A stretch of DNA of 23,620 nucleotides from Azospirillum sp. CAG:239. GTDB lineage: Bacteria; Bacteroidota; Bacteroidia; Bacteroidales; Paludibacteraceae. This document shows positions 16,922 to 23,147 of the stretch, piece by piece. Under the pieces are notes generated by a model. It did no database searches. It saw only the letters and a list, made by a program, of their open reading frames with translations, and was not told the origin of the DNA. The number at the start of each line of letters is the position of its first letter. Position 1 is the first letter of the stretch. A program made the position numbers and the translations under genes. Location of the stretch: assembly GCA_963619585.1 (NCBI GenBank), contig CAVEXR010000032.1, positions 1-23,620 of the forward strand. The letters are read 5' to 3'.

Positions 16922-17069
16922 AGAAAAAAAAATAATTTTATAAAATAAGGGTTATTATATTGAATATCAATAGAATATAGTTTATAAATCATATATAATT
17001 CACTTTATAAACGGTTTATAATTTTATGAAATATAGGGTTTTTATGTTTGATATAGTAGAAAATATGTT

Positions 17070-17357
17070 TTATTTGTCGTTTTCGTTCATTTGGTCAATT
17101 AACTTGACAAAGGTGTCGAAATCGTGGATGATATAAACGAGGTGGGGAAATCTCTGCTGCCATATGACCTGCTCGGGTCGCACCTTTGCATTTTTTGACT
17201 TTTTGAACTCTACGAAAAAGAACTTACCTTGACTTGTGAGGAAGGAGTCGTCAGGAATGCCTTTGTTACCGTTCTTTTCGTTTTTCCAGCACACGCACCC
17301 GTGTGTGCGTGCGTATGCTCTGCATTGTTTTTCTAATTGGCTTTCGATGTGTTGCAT
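17070..17357 (-). CDS. VRR-NUC domain nuclease
   Basis: ATG at 17357 (MQHIESQLEK...), 95 aa. GIPDDSFL...FFFVEFKKSKNAKVRPEQVIWQ fits the PD-(D/E)xK core of VRR-NUC. The track start at 17444 is a TTG inside a hairpin arm. Confidence 0.7.
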   Translation of the reverse strand: MQHIESQLEKQCRAYARTHGCVCWKNEKNGNKGIPDDSFLTSQGKFFFVEFKKSKNAKVRPEQVIWQQRFPHLVYIIHDFDTFVKLIDQMNENDK

Positions 17358-17380
17358 TGCCGTAAATAGTATTTTTAAGC

Positions 17381-17447
17381 GTTTTGCGGGGCTTTTACCC
17401 ATTGAGTGGTACAAGTTACCACCTTTGAGAAAAGAACCCCGCAAAAC
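17381..17447 (-). promoter_or_regulatory. 67-nt quasi-palindromic intergenic element, copy 1
   Basis: gttttgcgggg (17381..17391) pairs with ccccgcaaaac (17437..17447), a perfect 11 bp. An inner CTTTT/AAAAG stem and an apical hairpin GTGGTA-loop-TACCAC follow. The element lies between the stop at 17457 and the ATG at 17357. Confidence 0.5.
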
Positions 17448-17456
17448 GGCTGCAAA

Positions 17457-18101
17457 TTAGTTTTGCTTGTTTTGGTAATCAGAAATGAGTTTGTCAAATT
17501 CTGTGGAATAAAAATCATAGGTTAACCTTGACCGCTCGTAGAGGTATTGCTCGATTCGGGCATTATCTGACATATTTCCCGAGCCCTCGAAAACAAAATA
17601 AGCGTCGCCTCGCTTTGCACACACAACCTTTGAGTGGTTGTGGAGGTAAACAAATCGAGTTCGGTCAGTATGGGTGGCACAATACTCTGCGAGTTGCAAC
17701 GCCCATTTCTCGGGCTTTTTCGTTTGGTTGAAAAAAGACGAAATAATAAAATTGGCGTATTTAATTCTTCCGTCGTCGAGCATCTGCGTGATGGCGGCAA
17801 CGGTTGGCTCATTGATTCGATAGATAGCGAGATAGAGTTCGTCGATGTTACCCGCCGTCAGGAGATGGCATATAAATGCGTAAGCGTTGAACGCCTTTTC
17901 AGTCAAAATTCGCCACTGCTCTCCCTCCTGCGGCTCATCGCATAGGTCAGCGAGAGCCTTTGCAGCAGCGTAGTGCCTTTCCTCATTTTTGACAAAACGC
18001 TTCTGCGCCTTTGAGTTTACCACTTTTTCTTCGATTTGAGCCGACTTGTGTATGTGCGGCTTGTTAAAATCGAAATTGAGGTCAAAATTTAGATTATCCA
18101 T
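17457..18101 (-). CDS. PLD/HKD-like protein (possible nuclease)
   Basis: 214 aa. HSKVVCAKRGDAYFVFEGSGNMSDNARIEQ resembles the HxK..D(x6)GSxN...E motif of the PLD superfamily, with 3 extra residues between K and D. There is a single HKD copy. Confidence 0.35.
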   Translation of the reverse strand: MDNLNFDLNFDFNKPHIHKSAQIEEKVVNSKAQKRFVKNEERHYAAAKALADLCDEPQEGEQWRILTEKAFNAYAFICHLLTAGNIDELYLAIYRINEPTVAAITQMLDDGRIKYANFIISSFFNQTKKPEKWALQLAEYCATHTDRTRFVYLHNHSKVVCAKRGDAYFVFEGSGNMSDNARIEQYLYERSRLTYDFYSTEFDKLISDYQNKQN

Positions 18102-18103
18102 AA

Positions 18104-19303
18104 TTAGAATAATTTTTGAGAGTTAAACATGTGTAGTTGGTTTTTTCGAACCCACAAGCGTTCTTGTTTGTCTTGTCTGCTTGTTGTGCCTCCTTGTAGG
18201 CGGCTTTTTCGGCTGAAGACTGCTATGCACTCGAAATCGTCGGGAGCGGCGTATTCGGACACAACGACCAATTCTTCCTGCTTTCTGCACCAATTGAAAA
18301 AAGCGTCATTATCGAAAGAGCCAGTAATATATTCAGCAGTATTGGCATACGGCGGGTCACAATAAATTAGGCTATTGGTTTCTATCTTTATTTGGTCATA
18401 CGATGTTTGCAGGCGTTGCAGGCGTTGCAGGCGTTGCAGGCGTTGCAGGCGTTGCAGGCGTTGCAGGCTTTGCAGGCTTTGCAGGTCTTGCAGGCCTTGC
18501 AGGCTTTGCAGGCTTTGCAGGCGTTGCAGGCGTTTTGTGAGATAGATATATTCGTAACTATGGCAGTCGGGTAGCGCAGGCAGCATTTCGCACAATTTGG
18601 CATACATCTCGGGCGTAGGGAATTGCCACTGACAACTGCTAAACCAGTGGCTGAACATTTGAGTTTCCGTGTGTTCGTTAATATCTTTCGGGCGCAGTCC
18701 ACTTTCTTTGAACGCTTTTCGCAGCATAGCGAGAGCGTCTTGTTGAGTGGCGTTCAGCAACTCCTCCGTCTTGCGTCTATCCTCGTCTGTTGGCACGGGC
18801 ATTGACCGACTTTCAAAGAAATACTGAATATATTTCTCACGGCACTCGTCTTGATTTTTCTTGACCCACTCGAAAACATTTCCCGTTGGTTTCAGCCCAA
18901 TTGCCCATAACTCCGTAAGGTCTTCGAAGACATAGGCACTATGCAGGGCGTGCTTCCAATCTTCTATTTCAGCGGCGTACATGTATGTTTGCATATTGTT
19001 ACCGAAAGACCAGCACAACGCCACGAACGGGTCTGTGTCTTTGCGCGCGAAAAAGTCTTCACGGCTGACCCATTCGGTGTTGTTGTGGTAATTGCCTGCG
19101 ATGGCGTCGCAAAAGAGTTGCACGCCCATTCCCTGCAAGTCATTGCATATAAAATTGCGGAACTTGCCCGAAAGCATAGCGGCGTGAGTGATGGCGCATC
19201 CGCCTGCGAAAAGGTCGTAAAAATTGCGGCGTTGTGGTAACATCTCCACTAATTGTTTGGCAACAGCGTTCTTGCTGCCCATATAAGGTACTCCGTAAGT
19301 CAT
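18104..19303 (-). CDS. N6-adenine DNA methyltransferase, Dam/D12 class
   Basis: PYMGSK and DLFAGGCA (AdoMet motifs; compare Dam KWAGGK / FVGAGS) lie at the N-terminus. YCDPPY is the catalytic motif near the C-terminus. Its ATG overlaps the SNF2 stop as ATGA. Confidence 0.85.
   Translation of the reverse strand: MTYGVPYMGSKNAVAKQLVEMLPQRRNFYDLFAGGCAITHAAMLSGKFRNFICNDLQGMGVQLFCDAIAGNYHNNTEWVSREDFFARKDTDPFVALCWSFGNNMQTYMYAAEIEDWKHALHSAYVFEDLTELWAIGLKPTGNVFEWVKKNQDECREKYIQYFFESRSMPVPTDEDRRKTEELLNATQQDALAMLRKAFKESGLRPKDINEHTETQMFSHWFSSCQWQFPTPEMYAKLCEMLPALPDCHSYEYIYLTKRLQRLQSLQSLQGLQDLQSLQSLQRLQRLQRLQRLQRLQRLQTSYDQIKIETNSLIYCDPPYANTAEYITGSFDNDAFFNWCRKQEELVVVSEYAAPDDFECIAVFSRKSRLQGGTTSRQDKQERLWVRKNQLHMFNSQKLF
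18407..18532 (-). repeat. 14 tandem 9-bp repeats (TTGCAGGNN on the plus strand) inside the methyltransferase gene
   Basis: Units run from 18407 to 18532. Only the last two bases of each unit vary (cg, ct, tc, cc). They encode (R/S/G/D)LQ x14 in frame, ending about 20 codons before DPPY. Confidence 0.95.
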
Positions 19304-20613
19304 TGCTTTGTAGAATTAAGAAATTGTTGTTGTTGTGTGTCTTTTTTCATGAGAGCCGCCCACACTCTGCTTTCGCAAGTATTGTCGGCGAAGAAATAGT
19401 GAATAGCCACTTGCCGTCGCTGCCCCTGTCGTGCGAGGCGTGCGTTTGCTTGTGCATAAAATTCGTAATTGTAGGTGAGCGAACTCCAGACAATCACTCG
19501 CCCGCCGTGTTGTAGGTTTAGCCCATGTCCAGCGCTTGCAGGGTGAGCGAAAAGGCAATCAATCTCGCCAGCGTTCCACTTTTCGAGAAAGCCTTTTTTT
19601 TGCACACTAACACAGCCAACTCCCCGTGCGGTGAGTAATTCTTGCAGCCAAATTGCCTCCTCTCTGAACGCATAGAAAAGCAGCACGGGCTCGCCTGCTT
19701 CTTTGCAGTCGGCGACAAAATCGGCTACTGCTTCGAGTTTGGCAGAGCGACCGCTTCGGTGCGGCATTGCATTCTCGTCATATACAAACCCATTGCATAG
19801 CGTTTGCAGTTTAGCGAATTTTGCCCCCTCATCGACAGTGAGGCAATCGCCTCCTATACGAAAGCCGAGAAAAGCGTCGAGGTCGTTGTATGCCTTTCTT
19901 TCATCGGCGGACAACTCAACCAAGTGGCGGTTGTGAGTGACGGGAGGAATAGTCAAATAGTCGGCGGCGGTAAGTGTGAATATCTTATCGGCGATAGGTT
20001 GCAGGACATCTGCGAGTGAGCCGTTGAGTACCCACTTGTGGAATTGTAAGCCGCTGCCCGCCAATTGGTCGTGGAAAAAACTTGCCCGCCACGCCCAGAA
20101 GTTGAACCCGCATTTAATTCCGACGGCGGCACATTGCCCAAAAATATCGATAGCACCATTCGCCAGAAATGTACCCGTCAAACCAATTTTGCGTTTGGCT
20201 ATGATTTGGCAGACCGCCCGTGAGCGTTGGCTTTCGAAATTCTTGAACGATGTGAGTTCGTCAATCACCAAAAACTCGAAAGCGTTGCCGGCTATCTCTT
20301 TGACATATTCCCGCCCTATAATCTTGTAAGGGCGTGAGCGGTCAGATAGTGCAAGTGCCCGCTTTCGTGGCGTTCCTGCCACAATAACCATTTTTTCGGC
20401 GATGTCGGTCCATCCCCATTTCTCGGCTTCTTGCCGCCAGACCGTTTCTGCGACACGCTTAGGCGCAACGATACAGAGTGTTGCGGGCTTGTATTCATTG
20501 ACCCAAGACAAAACCGCAGCGGTCTTACCCAAACCCATATCGACAGACAAAATGCAATTTGGGTGGGCGTTGATAAACGCTGCGGCTCTCTTTTGATAAT
20601 CGTGTAATTCCAT
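19300..20613 (-). CDS. SNF2-family helicase
   Basis: 437 aa. Motifs are DMGLGKT (motif I), VIDELTSFKN (DExx) and GHGLNLQ ... YAQANARLARQGQ (motifs V and VI). Confidence 0.85.
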   Translation of the reverse strand: MELHDYQKRAAAFINAHPNCILSVDMGLGKTAAVLSWVNEYKPATLCIVAPKRVAETVWRQEAEKWGWTDIAEKMVIVAGTPRKRALALSDRSRPYKIIGREYVKEIAGNAFEFLVIDELTSFKNFESQRSRAVCQIIAKRKIGLTGTFLANGAIDIFGQCAAVGIKCGFNFWAWRASFFHDQLAGSGLQFHKWVLNGSLADVLQPIADKIFTLTAADYLTIPPVTHNRHLVELSADERKAYNDLDAFLGFRIGGDCLTVDEGAKFAKLQTLCNGFVYDENAMPHRSGRSAKLEAVADFVADCKEAGEPVLLFYAFREEAIWLQELLTARGVGCVSVQKKGFLEKWNAGEIDCLFAHPASAGHGLNLQHGGRVIVWSSLTYNYEFYAQANARLARQGQRRQVAIHYFFADNTCESRVWAALMKKDTQQQQFLNSTKQ

Positions 20614-20615
20614 AA

Positions 20616-21995
20616 TCAGAACGGTAGATTGTCTTTTTCTTCTTCATTTTGCGGCACTTCATCCTCTGCGAGCCCTACCTCGTAGGACTTTTGACGCAAC
20701 GACCCAAGCAGCCAATAAGATTGCGTGCTGTATTTTTCGCCAAAGACTGCGATGGCGGCTTTCTCAATCTCTCCCCGGCGCTTGTTGGCTTCCGTTGCGC
20801 CAATTGTTTTGGCGAAGTAGTCGACAAAGAATTTGAGTGAGATGCGATTTTTTGGCGCACTTTCCCGTGAGCAATCGAAATCGGCGTTTTGTATTTCTCG
20901 CAGGAAAGCCGGCTTGCGCAATTCTATTTCGAACTCTTCTGCCCTTTCCTCTCTCTCTCCAACCTCAAACGCCACTTTTTCTATTTTAGCCGTTTCGGCA
21001 TACCAGTCCTCTATTTGCGGCACATTAAAAACAAATTGCCGCCATAGGTTGTAAATCTGCGCCTCGTCGGCTATGGTAGTGGGTGAGGTTTTGAACTCGA
21101 CCGCAAGAAATCGGCGGTCATCCCAGTCCTTTATGAACTTGCGCAGCGGCGTGTTGGATGTTGCGATGTAGTTTGGGCAGCCCTCCCATTGGAATTCGTG
21201 CCCGTAGACTAATCGAGCAGAACCGCCATTCTGCGTCATACGGCGTTTGAAAGTGTCGTAGGTCTTGCCCATATCGGAATAAAAACACTCGTCGAGTAAG
21301 ACGGCGTTGCAGTAAGCAATCAACGGCACGACAAAGGTGGTAATCTGTAACTCTTTGGAGAGTAGCGAGGAGTACTGCCCAACATTCTTGACGGTGTCGG
21401 CGTTGAGAATAGCAATCAGCGTTTCGGCGACAGTGGTCTTGCCCGTCTTTTTTTGCCTTCCCCAAATATAGAGCATACGGCGTAGGCTTGCGGGGAACGA
21501 ATTGCCAGCCCTTACCTGCTGCACGAAATAGGTTATTTTCGCCATATCTGTATCCGATAAAGAATACATCTGTTGCAGCGTTTCAAAAGCCTGCGCGAAA
21601 GTGTCGGCGTTTGGCGGCGTGTTTGGGAAGAAAGCCGCTTGCCGTTTGTCAAGCCTTTTTCGAGCATAGGAGCCGTACCACAATTCCTCCGCAATTGAAT
21701 TGGCGTATCTGTCGTATTTGTCAAAGTTTGACACGACCCCGGCGAACCGCTTGCGGATGGTGGCGCAACGAGGGTTATCCTCCTGTGTTCGTTTGGCACT
21801 CAGATACTTGTCATTCGAAACGGCGTTGGCTACATACTTGACCCCGAATTTAATCTCGGCTATGTTGTCAAAATCGAACTCGGAAATATAATCGACAAAA
21901 TCGACATTCTGCATCTCCGCCGTCAGGTAGTTGGCGACCAATTCCGAAGGGCAATCGGTGGTGCTATTGTTGGCGTTTAATTCTGTGATTTTCAT
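20616..21995 (-). CDS. SF3 (D5/P4/VirE-like) replicative helicase
   Basis: ATG at 21995 (MKITELNANN...), 1 nt after the primase stop. Walker A is GRQKKTGKT, Walker B is AVLLDECF and motif C is YIATSN. The C-terminus is EEEKDNLPF. Confidence 0.7.
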   Translation of the reverse strand: MKITELNANNSTTDCPSELVANYLTAEMQNVDFVDYISEFDFDNIAEIKFGVKYVANAVSNDKYLSAKRTQEDNPRCATIRKRFAGVVSNFDKYDRYANSIAEELWYGSYARKRLDKRQAAFFPNTPPNADTFAQAFETLQQMYSLSDTDMAKITYFVQQVRAGNSFPASLRRMLYIWGRQKKTGKTTVAETLIAILNADTVKNVGQYSSLLSKELQITTFVVPLIAYCNAVLLDECFYSDMGKTYDTFKRRMTQNGGSARLVYGHEFQWEGCPNYIATSNTPLRKFIKDWDDRRFLAVEFKTSPTTIADEAQIYNLWRQFVFNVPQIEDWYAETAKIEKVAFEVGEREERAEEFEIELRKPAFLREIQNADFDCSRESAPKNRISLKFFVDYFAKTIGATEANKRRGEIEKAAIAVFGEKYSTQSYWLLGSLRQKSYEVGLAEDEVPQNEEEKDNLPF

Positions 21996-21996
21996 T

Positions 21997-22836
21997 TTAT
22001 TTTGTATAATAGTCGAGGATGTCGCAACCCTCGAAAAGTGGTTTTTTCTCGCAGAAGTCAAAAATTTCAAAGTTCCACTCGGTGGCGGTGTTGAGCCAAT
22101 TCCAGTATTGCCCGTTGTCGGGAATAAGGACTACCCGCCGCCCTTTGAGCGTCTTTAACTTATCACGATTTTTCAACCCTTGCGAACCGCCGCAGGCGAG
22201 CCAGATATTGTTCGGGTAGAAGGCGGACATAAGTGCCGCCGTCTTTTCACTTTCGACAATTGCCACTTTGGCGTCGGGTCTTTCGTTAAGTAAGTGCTCG
22301 CCAAAAAACGGCTGCAATAGCACCTCGCCTGTGTGGTATCTCTCGAAAGTCAAATCTTTGTGCGCCCAAGTAACGGGAGGAAAGAAAGCCTTATCACGAT
22401 GCCCATCGGCTTTGTAGTGAATTTCTTTGCCTGAACGGCAAATGCCGTTCTTGTCAAAGTACCAAAAGATTGTTGAGCCGTTGGCGGCACATCCTATTTT
22501 GTAGCGTTGCCAAACCTCATAAACATCTTGCCCGATAAGTTTCTCGGCGAAGTCAAACAGAGCCGACCGCTTCACCTCTACACACGCCTTATTGAATACT
22601 ATCGGCGCGGGAATATGTACCGGCTTGTGTTCGATTTTATATCGCTTGTCAGTTGCTTTTCGGTCCGGGTACTTGTAATAGCCGCAATTCTGCTCACGGT
22701 CACATCTGCCGAACTCGCTGCCTGCTTTGGTTGAGTTGTCAGCCTTTAGAACGAAAGGCACGAATCGGCGTTGCCCGCATTGTGGGCAAACCTCTTTGCC
22801 GCCGCCTTTTCGCAATTGCCAAATCAATCTCGGCAT
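21997..22836 (-). CDS. DNA primase (Zn-finger plus Toprim)
   Basis: ATG at 22836 (MPRLIWQLRK...). CPQCGQ...GRCDREQNCGYY is a zinc-ribbon-like segment. VAIVESEKTAA and VVLIPDNGQ fit the Toprim E and DxD motifs. Confidence 0.6.
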   Translation of the reverse strand: MPRLIWQLRKGGGKEVCPQCGQRRFVPFVLKADNSTKAGSEFGRCDREQNCGYYKYPDRKATDKRYKIEHKPVHIPAPIVFNKACVEVKRSALFDFAEKLIGQDVYEVWQRYKIGCAANGSTIFWYFDKNGICRSGKEIHYKADGHRDKAFFPPVTWAHKDLTFERYHTGEVLLQPFFGEHLLNERPDAKVAIVESEKTAALMSAFYPNNIWLACGGSQGLKNRDKLKTLKGRRVVLIPDNGQYWNWLNTATEWNFEIFDFCEKKPLFEGCDILDYYTK

Positions 22837-22841
22837 AGTCG

Positions 22842-23051
22842 TTAGAATTTTACAGGTTGCCCATTCTCGTACCAAACGCCGTAGTGTTTGCGAACATTCA
22901 ATTTCATACGGCGAGCAATTCGGAATACCTGCTCGGCTTCAGCCACTCGGTTGGTGGCTTTGATAAAATCAGTAATTGGTTGTATCGACTGCATAGAAAG
23001 AAAGCGTTGCAACTCTGCTGCCAATTCTATTTCGTTTGTTGTGTATCTCAT
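22842..23051 (-). CDS. hypothetical small protein
   Basis: ATG at 23051 (MRYTTNEIELAAELQRF...), 69 aa. The longer track ORF starts at a TTG inside the upstream hairpin element. Confidence 0.45.
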   Translation of the reverse strand: MRYTTNEIELAAELQRFLSMQSIQPITDFIKATNRVAEAEQVFRIARRMKLNVRKHYGVWYENGQPVKF

Positions 23052-23068
23052 ATTTATTGTTTTTATGC

Positions 23069-23135
23069 GTTTTGCGGGGCTTTCTACCTTTGTGCGGTAA
23101 CTTGTACCACCCGCAAGCAAAAAGCCTCGCAAATC
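23069..23135 (-). promoter_or_regulatory. 67-nt quasi-palindromic intergenic element, copy 2
   Basis: It has the same length and architecture as 17381..17447. The 17-mer gcgttttgcggggcttt is identical in both copies (23067..23083 and 17379..17395). The distal arm is cctcgcaaatc, with one mismatch and one G-T pair. Confidence 0.5.
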
Positions 23136-23147
23136 GTCTGTAATTAG

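Larger units (their letters stand above)
16677..17069. promoter_or_regulatory. AT-rich intergenic hub with iterated CGTTTATAAAT motifs
   Basis: This is the only long non-coding gap in the window. The exact 11-mer occurs at 16702, 16790 and 16853. The 19-mer cgtttataaatttataaat occurs at both 16702 and 16853. A 10-mer copy is at 16980, an inverted copy at 17004..17013 and a variant at 17014. A second repeat, AGGGTTnTTATnTTTGAnTAT, occurs at about 16947 and about 17034. Confidence 0.5.

Noticed and set aside
16923-16947. The A9 run next to the ATTTTATAAAAT palindrome as a possible intrinsic terminator for the VRR-NUC transcript.
   Set aside because: The only adjacent stem is AT-only and very weak. 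The GC-rich alternating tract is on the wrong side of the U-run for a minus-strand terminator.
17358-17444. The N-terminal extensions of ORFs 17070..17444 and 22842..23132 give similar peptides (MRGSFLKGG..SPAKRLK / MRGFLLAGG..SPAKRIK), suggesting a shared protein domain.
   Set aside because: Both extensions start at a TTG located inside the CAAAAC arm of the conserved hairpin element. The similarity is explained by the conserved non-coding DNA. Good ATG starts (17357, 23051) lie just downstream of the element.
18130-18150. A tRNA T-arm-like string, GGTTTTTTCGAACC.
   Set aside because: The stem is only 4 bp and the loop does not fit the T-loop consensus. No acceptor or anticodon arms flank it, and it lies inside the C-terminal coding region of the methyltransferase.
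18388-18702. ORFs 18388..18702 (-) with [10 protein letters not shown] repeats and 18392..18574 (+) with LQALQALQ repeats.
   Set aside because: They are alternative-frame and antisense translations of the 9-bp tandem repeat inside the methyltransferase gene. The methyltransferase frame carries the catalytic motifs on both sides of the repeat.
3753-21799. Short minus-strand ORFs nested in other frames of larger genes (3753..3962, 7228..7413, 14387..14629, 17522..17812, 19316..19558, 19518..19718, 19953..20159, 20316..20498, 20675..20860, 21118..21465, 21533..21799).
   Set aside because: They are fully embedded in alternative frames of confidently assigned genes, have Arg/Ser-rich composition, and show no motif or independent signal.
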